A stretch of DNA of 64,000 nt from an uncultured Polaribacter sp. (lineage in GTDB: Bacteria; Bacteroidota; Bacteroidia; Flavobacteriales; Flavobacteriaceae), in the NCBI RefSeq assembly GCF_947497695.1, contig NZ_CANMHM010000012.1, positions 2,616-66,615 on the forward strand, in the 5' to 3' direction. Shown here in pieces: positions 1-9,373 of this stretch. The position numbers were made by a program, and so were the translations under genes. A model generated the notes under the pieces. The model made no database searches. It was not told where the DNA came from and was given only the letters and a program-made list of their open reading frames with translations. Position 1 is the stretch's first letter. The number at the start of each line of letters is the position of its first letter.

Positions 1-486
1 TTTGTAGCAAATGTACAAGGCTTGTTAAGCCCCACTGCAACTAGCACAGCATCTTTTGCAGAAAATGTTATGGTAGAATTTAATATTGATACCAATGCTG
101 ACAATGTTGAAGACTTGGTAATACAAGCAATTCCGAAAGACGGAAAAATGTATTTCTTTGGGCCTTATAAACCAAATACAACAGGTTTAAATAGTACCAT
201 TAACGAAATGGCTACAAAATCTGAAGTAGCAATTTCATCATCAACTGCAATAATTGCTAATCAAAATGGGATGAAGTTTTTTGCAGGACCAAGAGACGAC
301 CCTTTCTTTATGGATTTTGCACGATATGGAGCAATTATTGGTGGTACAGCAACTGGTTTTAATAATCCAGGAGCAGATACTTTTGCAGGTACAAACGTAT
401 TATCTATTGTAGTAGAAGTGCCAAAAAGTGAAATTGGTGGAACAGGTACTATTAATACTTGGGTAGAAGCAAAAACAAAACAATAA
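1..486 (+). CDS. DUF4331-like secreted protein (N-terminal/central half of the domain), 5'-truncated by window edge
   Basis: Frame is open from base 1. The listed start at 22 is an internal TTG, so the true N-terminus is upstream. 'FAGPRDDPFFMDF' and 'GTNVLSIVVEVP' resemble central DUF4331 motifs (recalled, not searched). Confidence 0.55.
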   Translation, partial: FVANVQGLLSPTATSTASFAENVMVEFNIDTNADNVEDLVIQAIPKDGKMYFFGPYKPNTTGLNSTINEMATKSEVAISSSTAIIANQNGMKFFAGPRDDPFFMDFARYGAIIGGTATGFNNPGADTFAGTNVLSIVVEVPKSEIGGTGTINTWVEAKTKQ

Positions 487-513
487 TTAACTTATAACTT
501 AAAACACAATATT

Positions 514-1083
514 ATGAAAATTTATAAAATAAAATATTTAGCAATAGCAGTCTTTTCTTTATTTGTAATGAGCTGTAACAATGATGATAAAGATGATGAT
601 ATGATTAAAATAACCACTGATTTTTCTGGAACTTTTGTACAAAAAGATCAAATGGGTAGACCTGCAGTAAACACTGTTTTTGTGTCAGCAGCAAGTAAAG
701 ATACTTTTAATACAACAATCCCTTCAGAACAAGGTGCAGTTTTTCAATCTATGTTTGAAACAAATATAAAAGCTTTAAGTCCTGCTTATGCCAATGCAGG
801 AGACAAAAATGCATTAGGTTTAGATGCAGCAGCTTTTACAGGTTTGTTAGCTACAGATGTTTTAAATGTTTCTTTAGATGGCAAAACCACATTTTTTGAT
901 GGTACAAATGTATTAACAGGTAGAGCTTTAGCAGATGATGTTATTACTGTAGAATTGATTTTAATATTTGGTGGTGAAGAAGGTTTATCAAACTCAGAAA
1001 ACCCTACTTTATCAGATGATAATGTTAGTGCTAATGATAAAAATTTCTTAACATCTTTTCCCTATTTAGCATCTCCTTGGTAA
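514..1083 (+). CDS. DUF4331-like lipoprotein (C-terminal half of the domain)
   Basis: Lipobox 'FVMSC|NNDD'. 'MGRPAVNTVF', 'LTGRALADDVITVEL' and terminal 'FPYLASPW' resemble the C-terminal part of DUF4331. Starts 27 nt after the previous ORF. Confidence 0.55.
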   Translation: MKIYKIKYLAIAVFSLFVMSCNNDDKDDDMIKITTDFSGTFVQKDQMGRPAVNTVFVSAASKDTFNTTIPSEQGAVFQSMFETNIKALSPAYANAGDKNALGLDAAAFTGLLATDVLNVSLDGKTTFFDGTNVLTGRALADDVITVELILIFGGEEGLSNSENPTLSDDNVSANDKNFLTSFPYLASPW

Positions 1084-1107
1084 TAATAAAGAAAACTCTT
1101 TAATACT

Positions 1108-1144
1108 AAAACTAACACATATTGAGAGGTGTGTGTTAGTTTTT
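1108..1144 (+). terminator. Hairpin after the second DUF4331 gene
   Basis: 12-bp perfect stem: aaaactaacaca (1108-1119) pairs with tgtgttagtttt (1132-1143). Confidence 0.45.
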
Positions 1145-1181
1145 AAATTTTACCTCTTTAACACAACTAAAACTACAAGTC

Positions 1182-2477
1182 ATGAAATACATCCAACTAA
1201 TTTTATTATTTGTAACTTTTTCAATCGCAACAAGTTGCAATACAATAAACAATAAACAAATAACTAATTCAAAAGATTACAATCATTTTTTAAATGTTAA
1301 AACAAACAAATCTTTAGAAACTACTACATCAGAATTTAAATTCTGGAAAAACAAATTAGAAAAAACACCAGATCAATATCCTTATAATGTAAAGTTAGCT
1401 GCTGCTAGTTCATCATTATTTAAAATAACAGGAAATATTGATGCATTAAAAAAAGCAGAACAGAATTTACTGATTGCAAATGAAAAAACAAACTATAATA
1501 GTGCTGGCTATTTAAGAAGTTTAGCAAGAAATTATATTTCTCAACATCGTTTTAAAGAAGCGTTAAATTTACTAACCAAAGCAACATATATTGGTGAGAA
1601 TTTAGAGCAAACACACTTTATGCTAATTGATGTTTATTTAGAATTAGGTAATTTAGATAAAGTAGAACATTACTTATCTAAAGTTAAAAATTTTAATAAT
1701 TTTAACTATTTAATTAGAATTTCTAAATATAATGATCATATTGGTAATTTAGACAATGCCATTAAATATTTAGAAGCTTCATTAGTATTTGCAGAAACTT
1801 ATAAAAATAAATATTTGATGCAGTGGAATTATACAAATTTAGCTGATTATTATGGACATGCAGGCAGAATTAAGGATTCTTATAACGCCTATTTAAAGGC
1901 ATTAGCATTAAACCCAAATGATAGTTATGCAAAAAAAGGAATTGCTTGGATTGTATACTCTAAAGAGAGAAACCCAGAAGAAGCACTACGTATTTTAGAA
2001 ACTGTTACTAAAGAAAATGCAGCACCAGATTATCATTTATTAAAAGCAGAAATAGCAGATTATACAGGGAATATTGTAGAAAAAGAAAACCAAATTAATA
2101 AATATTTAGCTAAAGTTGATGATGGTAATTATGGTGTAATGTATTATAAATATGATGTTTTATTATTTGCTGATGATGAATCAAAAAAAGAAAAAGCGCT
2201 ACAAATTGCACAGTTAGAAGTTAAAGCTAGACCAACAGCACAATCTTTTGATTTGTTAGCTTGGGCTACTTACAAAAATGGAAACCTAAAAAAAGCATTA
2301 GAAATTTCTGAAAAATATGTAGTTGGTAAAACCTTTGAGCCAGAAGCTTTGTTACATACAGCTCACATATTAAAAGCAAATGGAAATCTTAAACAAGCAA
2401 GAGAAATTAAAAAAGAGTTGTTAGGAGCTATCTATGAATTAGGTCCATTAGTAGAAACTGAAATTCACAATATATAA
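1182..2477 (+). CDS. TPR-repeat lipoprotein
   Basis: Lipobox 'FSIATSC'. Repeated roughly 34-aa helical-pair pattern, e.g. 'AYLKALALNPNDSYAKKGIAWIVY' and 'ALEISEKYVVGKTFEPEALLHTAHILKANGNLKQA'. Confidence 0.6.
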   Translation: MKYIQLILLFVTFSIATSCNTINNKQITNSKDYNHFLNVKTNKSLETTTSEFKFWKNKLEKTPDQYPYNVKLAAASSSLFKITGNIDALKKAEQNLLIANEKTNYNSAGYLRSLARNYISQHRFKEALNLLTKATYIGENLEQTHFMLIDVYLELGNLDKVEHYLSKVKNFNNFNYLIRISKYNDHIGNLDNAIKYLEASLVFAETYKNKYLMQWNYTNLADYYGHAGRIKDSYNAYLKALALNPNDSYAKKGIAWIVYSKERNPEEALRILETVTKENAAPDYHLLKAEIADYTGNIVEKENQINKYLAKVDDGNYGVMYYKYDVLLFADDESKKEKALQIAQLEVKARPTAQSFDLLAWATYKNGNLKKALEISEKYVVGKTFEPEALLHTAHILKANGNLKQAREIKKELLGAIYELGPLVETEIHNI

Positions 2478-2495
2478 ACTGTAAAAATAAAAAAA

Positions 2496-4724
2496 ATGAG
2501 AAATCAAATTATAATTTTTCTTGCTTTTACACTTTGTATAAAAGGTTTTAGTCAAGAATTAAAAGGAAAAATAATAGATCAATTTAATGAGCCTTTAGAA
2601 AATGTTTATGTGGTAAATGAAATATCAAATACACATACTCACACTGATGAAAATGGTAGTTTTAAAATAGATAATACAACAGTTAGCAATACAATTCAAA
2701 TTAGTATTTTAGGTTATGCTAAAAAAAAGATAACAGTAAGCAATCAACATTTACAAAATGGAATTATTATTACTTTAAAAACCAAAATATTTCAATTAGA
2801 TGAGTTGGTTTTACGTAAAGAAATTAATGCTTTACAAACTATTTCTAGAATTGATTTAGCATTAAACCCAGTAAATAATTCGCAAGAAATTTTAAGAAAA
2901 GTTCCAGGGTTATTTATTGGTCAACATGCAGGAGGAGGAAAGGCAGAACAAATTTTTTTAAGAGGTTTTGATATAGATCATGGTACAGATATTACGCTTT
3001 CTGTAGATGGTATGCCAATAAATATGGTTTCTCATGCTCATGGGCAAGGATATAGTGATTTACACTTTGTGATACCAGAAACGATTCAGAAAATAAATTT
3101 TGGTAAAGGACCTTATTATGCAAATCAAGGTGATTTTAATACTGCAGGTTATGTCGATTTTTCTACAAAATCGTACATCAATAATAATACAATTTCTTTA
3201 GGTTTTGGCGATTTTAATACAATAAGAACCTTAGGAATGTTTAATTTATTAGCAAATAAAAAAAATGAAAATGCTTATGTTGCTGTAGAATATATAGAAA
3301 CTGATGGTGCTTTTGAATCTCCTCAAAATTTTAATCGCTTAAATATTTTTGGAAAATATAGTGCATTTTTAAACGGAAAAGATAGAGTTACTCTTACTGC
3401 TTCTCATTTTACAAGTACTTGGGATGCTTCAGGACAAATACCAGAAAGAGAAGTAAATAATGGAAATATTACTCGTTTTGGTGCTATTGATGATACTGAA
3501 GGAGGGGTTACTTCTAGAACTAACTTTAATGTTCAGTTTCATAAAACTTTAGCGAATGAATCTTTTTTTGAATCGAATGTGTTTTATTCTAATTATAATT
3601 TTGAATTGTATTCTAATTTTACTTTTTTTCTAGAAGATCCATTAAATGGAGATCAAATTAAGCAATTTGAAAACCGTGATATTTTTGGAATGAATGCTCA
3701 AATTATCAATACTAAAAATTATGGTAATGTAGAAGCTAAATTTACAAAAGGTATTGGTTTAAGACATGATTTGATAAATAATAATGAATTGTCGCACACA
3801 AAAAACAGAAGGGAAGTATTAAATACTATACAGTTAGGAGATGTTAAGCAAACAAACATGTATGCGTTTTTTAATTCAGAATTTGAAATTGGAAAATTTA
3901 AAATTTCACCTTCTTTAAGAATCGATTATTTTAAATTTTTATACAATGATGCTTTAAGTACCAATTATCAGACTTTGTCTAAAACAGCAACAACAGCAAA
4001 CCCTAACTTAAATTTTTTATATACTCAAAAGGATAATTTACAATGGTTTTTAAAATCTGGAATTGGTTTTCATTCTAATGATGCTCGTGTAATTTTACAG
4101 CAAAATACCGATAAAATTCTACCAAGAGCTTATGGTTTAGATTTTGGGAATATTTGGAAACCTACTAAAAATTTGGTCTTAAATACAGCAATTTGGTATT
4201 TGTTATCAGAAGAAGAGTTTGTGTATGTTGGTGATGCTGGAATTATTGAGCCTTCTGGAGAATCTGAACGTTATGGATTGGATTTAGGAATCCGTTATCA
4301 ATTTACAGATTGGTTGTACTTAGATACAGATGCTACACTTACAAAAGCAAGGAGTTTAGAAAACAGTGCAGGACAAGATTATATTCCTTTAGCACCTAGT
4401 TTTACAATGGCTGGAGGATTATCGTTTAATAATTTAGGTAATTTTTCTGGTGGAATTCGTTATCGTTTTATTGATGATAGACCAGCAAATGAAGACAATT
4501 CTATTATTGCAGAGGGTTATTTGGTAAGTGATTTTAACATCAATTATAAAATGAACGACATCACTTTTGGAATTGCAATAGAAAATATTTTTGATGTTTC
4601 TTGGAACGAAACTCAGTTTGCTACAGAAAGCAGATTGCAAAACGAGTTAGCTTCTGTAGAGGAAATTCATTTTACTCCAGGAACACCATTTTTTGCAAAA
4701 GCAACAATTAGTTATCGTTTTTAA
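2496..4724 (+). CDS. TonB-dependent receptor (CarboxypepD_reg-like N-domain, plug, barrel), not SusC-type by context
   Basis: Signal peptide, 'LKGKIIDQFNEPLENVYV' (CarboxypepD_reg-like) and plug motifs 'ILRKVPGL', 'IFLRGFD', 'VDGMPIN'. Long Gly/Tyr/Asn-rich barrel ending 'ISYRF'. No SusD-like neighbour. Confidence 0.8.
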   Translation: MRNQIIIFLAFTLCIKGFSQELKGKIIDQFNEPLENVYVVNEISNTHTHTDENGSFKIDNTTVSNTIQISILGYAKKKITVSNQHLQNGIIITLKTKIFQLDELVLRKEINALQTISRIDLALNPVNNSQEILRKVPGLFIGQHAGGGKAEQIFLRGFDIDHGTDITLSVDGMPINMVSHAHGQGYSDLHFVIPETIQKINFGKGPYYANQGDFNTAGYVDFSTKSYINNNTISLGFGDFNTIRTLGMFNLLANKKNENAYVAVEYIETDGAFESPQNFNRLNIFGKYSAFLNGKDRVTLTASHFTSTWDASGQIPEREVNNGNITRFGAIDDTEGGVTSRTNFNVQFHKTLANESFFESNVFYSNYNFELYSNFTFFLEDPLNGDQIKQFENRDIFGMNAQIINTKNYGNVEAKFTKGIGLRHDLINNNELSHTKNRREVLNTIQLGDVKQTNMYAFFNSEFEIGKFKISPSLRIDYFKFLYNDALSTNYQTLSKTATTANPNLNFLYTQKDNLQWFLKSGIGFHSNDARVILQQNTDKILPRAYGLDFGNIWKPTKNLVLNTAIWYLLSEEEFVYVGDAGIIEPSGESERYGLDLGIRYQFTDWLYLDTDATLTKARSLENSAGQDYIPLAPSFTMAGGLSFNNLGNFSGGIRYRFIDDRPANEDNSIIAEGYLVSDFNINYKMNDITFGIAIENIFDVSWNETQFATESRLQNELASVEEIHFTPGTPFFAKATISYRF

Positions 4725-4842
4725 GAGAAATTAGATTACAAATATTATATGGAATAATAATTTTTTGGTTTGTTTAGTTGGATGAAAATGTCTGTTACAG
4801 CAATGTAATAGGCATTTTTAATCTTTAAAAAGTAATAGTAAA

Positions 4843-6009
4843 TTAATGATTATTTAAATTTTTTAATTTTGTTTTAAACATTTTTGCAGCAGAAGTATAA
4901 CCTCCTTCAGTACCATCTACAAAGTGAGAATGTTTTGTTTTTCTGTCTAAAACATAACAAGACATTACAGAGGCATGTGTAATATGCATGCCAAATATAA
5001 TTTTTTTATCTTTTTCTAACTGATTTAAATACTGTGTAAAAAAAACTATATTGTTTGTTTCTGCAGTAAATACAGTGTTAATCATACCATCTAACATAAA
5101 AGTATGTGATAATTGACCAATTTGGTTTAAATAGTTTTTTCCATCTTTAGAAAAATTAAAATACCATTTTCCTATAAGTGTTTCAATCCAATTTTTTAAT
5201 AAATAGCTTACATTTTTATTAGCAAGACTGATTTTCATTTCTTCCCATATTTTTTTAATACTAAAGTTTAATTTTAAGTTGTTGGTTTTTATAGGTTGTC
5301 TATTTTCAAAAGAACCAAATAAACTTTCCATTTTGGCTAAAATATCTTTGTAAATAGTTCTTTGATTATTTTCATCTAACGTATCTATTAGCAAACAAAT
5401 AACCTTTTTTTGTATTTGTGTAGGTTTAATTTGTTCCCATCTACACTCCATACCTTCTAAGTATAAAAGATCTTTTTTAAACTCAACGTCAACAATTTTA
5501 ATAAATTTTTTTTTAATGATTTCTTCTGCTATTTTTAAACCATTACCCAAAACAATGGGAATTGCTAATTGTTCTGTAAGCTGATGTTTCGCTATTTTTA
5601 AACTAATAGCATCAGCTAATAAATTTTTAACAGAAATTGTACCAACTCTTAGAGTTAAATCAGTGTTTTTTTTAATATGAAGGCTATAATTGTTTAATAC
5701 TAAAAGAATGCTATTTAAGAGGATTGTTGGAATAATGAATGTAGCCCCATCACCACCAAAAAAATAAGGAATTTCGATATTCTTTTTTTGTTTTCTTATG
5801 GTGTTTAATACAGATATTATTGCACCTGTTGCTATTAAGTTTACTTGATGGTGCTTGCCCTCATTAACAGCTTTTGTAGAGTTTTTAATGTCTACTACAA
5901 TAATATGCCAAGTGTTTGGAATATTAGAGAAATTGGTTTCGTTCTCTAATAATTCAATAAGAGTTTTATTATCTTTTTTTAATTTTGTGTAGTATTTTTC
6001 ATCTCCCAT
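4843..6009 (-). CDS. DUF3095-like (nucleotide-cyclase-like) protein
   Basis: 'WHIIVVDIKNSTK' and 'YFFGGDGATFIIP' recall the class III cyclase-like core of DUF3095. Assignment is from memory only. Confidence 0.4.
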   Translation of the reverse strand: MGDEKYYTKLKKDNKTLIELLENETNFSNIPNTWHIIVVDIKNSTKAVNEGKHHQVNLIATGAIISVLNTIRKQKKNIEIPYFFGGDGATFIIPTILLNSILLVLNNYSLHIKKNTDLTLRVGTISVKNLLADAISLKIAKHQLTEQLAIPIVLGNGLKIAEEIIKKKFIKIVDVEFKKDLLYLEGMECRWEQIKPTQIQKKVICLLIDTLDENNQRTIYKDILAKMESLFGSFENRQPIKTNNLKLNFSIKKIWEEMKISLANKNVSYLLKNWIETLIGKWYFNFSKDGKNYLNQIGQLSHTFMLDGMINTVFTAETNNIVFFTQYLNQLEKDKKIIFGMHITHASVMSCYVLDRKTKHSHFVDGTEGGYTSAAKMFKTKLKNLNNH

Positions 6010-6117
6010 TTAATCAAATAATAGATTGTATTTTTTACAAGTTGATGTTTTAATAACTAGTAGAAAGCGTTCTGTAAACTAATTTAAACTTATTTTTTTA
6101 AATTTAAAAATAAATAA

Positions 6118-6906
6118 TTAGGATGTTACTGCAACAGCACCTAAAGTGTACAACTGTTCTAAAGTAGGAGATATGCTACCACCTTCTGGTTCTAAAGTAA
6201 TTCCAAATGCTTCAGATTCATTTGCATTTTCTATGGTAAATATTTTGTTGTTATCCGCAGTAAAAGCATCTAAAGTACCTAAACTTGTTGGACTTAAAGG
6301 GTTTAATTTTAAAGACCAAACTTGGTATACTTTTCCTTTTGGAGGTGTTGGTAAACCTTTGGCATCTAAATAGATACTTTTTGTTTTTTTATCCCAATAA
6401 ACTTTAGCATAAGAAGTTGGAGATACTTTTTGACCTGCTAAAGGAATAGAAATAATCTCTTTATCTCTAAAAACTGTAATTAGCTTTTCTGCTTCTGCCA
6501 AACTATTAGAAGCCTTGTCTATTTGCTCTTCTAATTGTTGTTTTTCTGTAGCAATTTGATTTTTAAGTTGGTTGTTTTGATAAATAGTATACATTAAGAA
6601 ACTGCCTATTAATAAAGAAGCTGCCCAACCTGAATATTGTAACCAATTTGGTTTTTGTTTAGAAATTGGTATTACTTTTGGTGCATCAACCTTTAATTGG
6701 TTTTTAATGTCATCAAAAGCATAAGAACTATCTTTTTTAGCAAAAGCTGTGAGTTGTACAATCGCATTTTCTATGGATTGTACTTCTGATAAAACTTCAG
6801 GATATTTTTGCATAGCTTCATATACTTCCTGATTTTCTTTTTCAGAAAGCGATCCTGCAACATACAGTTCTAAAATTCCAGATGCTATGTATTCTTTACT
6901 ATTCAT
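6118..6906 (-). CDS. Anti-sigma factor, RskA-type C-terminal domain
   Basis: Cytoplasmic helical N-domain, one TM segment ('WAASLLIGSFLMYTIY') and extracytoplasmic 'KVYWDKKTKSIYLDAKGLPTPPKGKVYQVWSL'. Three nt separate it from the sigma gene. Confidence 0.7.
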   Translation of the reverse strand: MNSKEYIASGILELYVAGSLSEKENQEVYEAMQKYPEVLSEVQSIENAIVQLTAFAKKDSSYAFDDIKNQLKVDAPKVIPISKQKPNWLQYSGWAASLLIGSFLMYTIYQNNQLKNQIATEKQQLEEQIDKASNSLAEAEKLITVFRDKEIISIPLAGQKVSPTSYAKVYWDKKTKSIYLDAKGLPTPPKGKVYQVWSLKLNPLSPTSLGTLDAFTADNNKIFTIENANESEAFGITLEPEGGSISPTLEQLYTLGAVAVTS

Positions 6907-6909
6907 TTT

Positions 6910-7440
6910 TTAAACTCCTAACATTGTTCTTAATTCGCCAATGCAAGTTCTATTTCTTGTTTTAATGGTGCCAATAGGTATTTCTAATTCTTCAGATGCT
7001 TCTTTCTGTGTAAAACCTTTAAAGTATAAAAGTTCAATTACAGACTTACATTTAGCTCCTAATTTGGTTACAAATTCTTTTAAACCAATAGTATCAGTAG
7101 CTGTATCTAAATTATCACTGGTTTCTAATATATCTACGAAAAAATCTGCATTGTGGTTTTGTTTAGATTGTTTAAAACTTTTAGAACGTGTGTAATCAAT
7201 AGCTGCATTTCTTGCGATGTTTAAAATCCATGTAAAAAACCGCCCTTTTTTAGAAGAGTAAGTGTCTGCTTTGTTCCAAGCTTTAATAAAAACATCTTGA
7301 GTAATTTCTTGGGCAACAGTATTATTTTTAACAATATTGTTTACAACTCCAGAAATACTATCACAATACATAGTGTATAGTTTTTCATAGGCTTTTATAT
7401 CCTTTTTTTGAAATTGTAAAATTAATTGCTCTAAATCCAT
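6910..7440 (-). CDS. ECF-type RNA polymerase sigma-70 family factor
   Basis: Region 2 ('QDVFIKAWNK', 'FFTWILNIARNAAIDY') and region 4 HTH ('GFTQKEASEELEIPIGTIKTRNRTC'). Confidence 0.85.
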   Translation of the reverse strand: MDLEQLILQFQKKDIKAYEKLYTMYCDSISGVVNNIVKNNTVAQEITQDVFIKAWNKADTYSSKKGRFFTWILNIARNAAIDYTRSKSFKQSKQNHNADFFVDILETSDNLDTATDTIGLKEFVTKLGAKCKSVIELLYFKGFTQKEASEELEIPIGTIKTRNRTCIGELRTMLGV

Positions 7441-7495
7441 AAATTGTGCCTAATGCTAAATTATGGAATTAAGTTGAGAAGTAAAGGTTTATTGT

Positions 7496-7513
7496 TTATT
7501 ATTATTATTATTA
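7496..7513. repeat. (TTA)6 microsatellite upstream of the ECF sigma gene
   Basis: 'ttattattattattatta', 56-73 nt upstream of the sigma start codon at 7440 (minus strand). Confidence 0.9.
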
Positions 7514-7551
7514 TTTGTGAGATTAAAGAACTGTACATGTGAATAATCAAT

Positions 7552-8631
7552 CTATAATCTAATAATTTTCTGAACCTTATTTTTATTGATGTAATTTTTG
7601 ATGATATTTTTTGCTTGTATTTTATTTTCAATGGGAGTTAAAATAGTTTTTAAAATATCTAACTTATTTTCTTGAAAACTCAAGTTTGTATACCCACAGC
7701 CAAAAACTTCATTATTTTCTATTAAAATAATTGCATGTTCTTCAACTTCTCTTCCTTTTTCCATGATGATAAAATCATCATTATTAAAATTTTGAGTGTT
7801 TATTCTTTGTTTTTTCTTAAAATTAAATTTTGGAGACAAGGTTTCTAATTCTATAGCATATTTTAAGCGTGTAAATAATTCATTACCTGTTTTATCAAAT
7901 GAAATTGTTTGTGCTCTTTCTTGAATTTTAACAGCTCTTTTAGTTACTTTTAAAAACAGGTTATTAATTTCAGATTTTATGTTTTTTCCTTTTCCTATAT
8001 AAATAACAGCACCTTCTTTATCATGTATGTAAAAAACTCCCTGTATTGTAGGCACTTCATCTATTAAAGCTCTTAGTTTTTGTTTTTGATGTCTTCTATC
8101 AAAGTATTTTATAGAACTTTGTATGATGGTTTTATTGGTATCTTTTTCTAATAATAATTTAAATAATTGCACTGTAGCCAATGCATCACCAGAAGCTCTG
8201 TGTCTGTCTGTCATTGGTATTCCTAAAGATCGAGTTAGTTTACCTAAACTATAAGAAGGTTGGTCTAAAATTAATTTCTGACTCAATTCTACAGTACACA
8301 AAGTATTTCTATTAAAGTCATAACCCAATCTATCAAACTCAGTACTTAAAATTCTATAATCAAAAGTAGTGTTGTGAGCCACTAAAATACAGTCTGATGT
8401 TATTTCAATTATTCGTTTTGCAACTTCATAAAACTTTGGTGCATTTCTTAGCATTTTATTGTTGATACCTGTAAGTTTTACAACAAATTCTTGAATTGCT
8501 TTTTCTGGGTTTACCAGACTAATAAATTGATCTACTATAGTATGACCATCAAATTTATAAATAGCAATTTCTGTAATGCCCTCTTCATTAAATTTACCTC
8601 CTGTAGTTTCGATGTCTAAAATTGCGTACAA
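7552..8631 (-). CDS. DnaQ-like 3'-5' exonuclease fused to a GIY-YIG-like nuclease domain
   Basis: DEDDh motifs 'AILDIETTGG', 'LVAHNTTFDYRIL', 'HRASGDALAT', then 'GVFYIHDKEGAVIYIGKGKNIKSEIN' (GIY-YIG-like). Confidence 0.7.
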   Translation of the reverse strand: MYAILDIETTGGKFNEEGITEIAIYKFDGHTIVDQFISLVNPEKAIQEFVVKLTGINNKMLRNAPKFYEVAKRIIEITSDCILVAHNTTFDYRILSTEFDRLGYDFNRNTLCTVELSQKLILDQPSYSLGKLTRSLGIPMTDRHRASGDALATVQLFKLLLEKDTNKTIIQSSIKYFDRRHQKQKLRALIDEVPTIQGVFYIHDKEGAVIYIGKGKNIKSEINNLFLKVTKRAVKIQERAQTISFDKTGNELFTRLKYAIELETLSPKFNFKKKQRINTQNFNNDDFIIMEKGREVEEHAIILIENNEVFGCGYTNLSFQENKLDILKTILTPIENKIQAKNIIKNYINKNKVQKIIRL

Positions 8632-8655
8632 ATTTTTTTTATTTAAAAGTGAAAT

Positions 8656-9327
8656 TTACAGGGGATAGTTTCTGCTGCCAAATATAGAACTTCCTACGCG
8701 AATCATAGTACCTCCATTTTCTATTGCCAATTGATAATCTCCACTCATTCCCATTGAAAGAGTTTCAAGTTTAAAGCTGGCATTGGCAGTTTTCAGTTTT
8801 TGTTGATTAAAGAAGTTTTTTAATGATGAAAATTCATCTTCTAATTGATTTTGGTTTTCTGTAAATGTAGCCATTCCCATAAAACCAACAATTTTTATAT
8901 TCTCTAATGCTTTTATTTCTGATGAATCTAAGATATGCTCAATTTCACTAAAAGACAAACCAAATTTTGTGTCTTCTTTGGCAATTTTAGCTTGTAACAA
9001 ACAATTAATTACTCTATTGTGCTTTTTAGCCTGTTTATTGATTTCTTTTAAGGTAGAAAATTTATCAACTCCATGAATTAAATCAACAAAATGAGCCATG
9101 TATTTTACCTTATTACTTTGCAAATGACCAATCATGTGCCATTGAATGTCTTTTGGTAAAACATCATATTTCTCAACCATTTCCTGAATTTTATTCTCGC
9201 CAAAAATACGCTGACCAGCATTATAAGCTTCTTGTAAGTCAGAAACAGGTTTGGTTTTAGAAACAGCAACTAATGTTACGTTTTTTGGGATTGATTGCTT
9301 TATATTTAATAAGTTTTCTTTAATCAT
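8656..9327 (-). CDS. yggS: YggS-family pyridoxal-phosphate homeostasis protein
   Basis: 'LVAVSKTK' (PLP lysine), 'FGENKIQE', 'HMIGHLQSNK', 'SMGMSGDY', 'IRVGSSIFG'. Confidence 0.9.
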   Translation of the reverse strand: MIKENLLNIKQSIPKNVTLVAVSKTKPVSDLQEAYNAGQRIFGENKIQEMVEKYDVLPKDIQWHMIGHLQSNKVKYMAHFVDLIHGVDKFSTLKEINKQAKKHNRVINCLLQAKIAKEDTKFGLSFSEIEHILDSSEIKALENIKIVGFMGMATFTENQNQLEDEFSSLKNFFNQQKLKTANASFKLETLSMGMSGDYQLAIENGGTMIRVGSSIFGSRNYPL

Positions 9328-9333
9328 GAAATT

Positions 9334-9356
9334 AGTTTCTAAGTTTCAAAGTTTTT
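9334..9356. repeat. Same 8-bp unit, about 3 imperfect copies, in the yggS leader
   Basis: 'agtttctaagtttcaaagttttt', 7 nt upstream of the yggS start on the minus strand. Confidence 0.8.
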
Positions 9357-9373
9357 TACCAAAAACTCAATTA

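Noticed and set aside
2496-4724. The TonB-dependent receptor could be the missing SusC of the glucan locus.
   Set aside because: It is 14 kb upstream, separated by about 12 unrelated housekeeping genes on both strands. It sits in its own operon with DUF4331/TPR genes and has no SusD-like neighbour. At 742 aa it is also smaller than typical SusC-like proteins (about 1000 aa).
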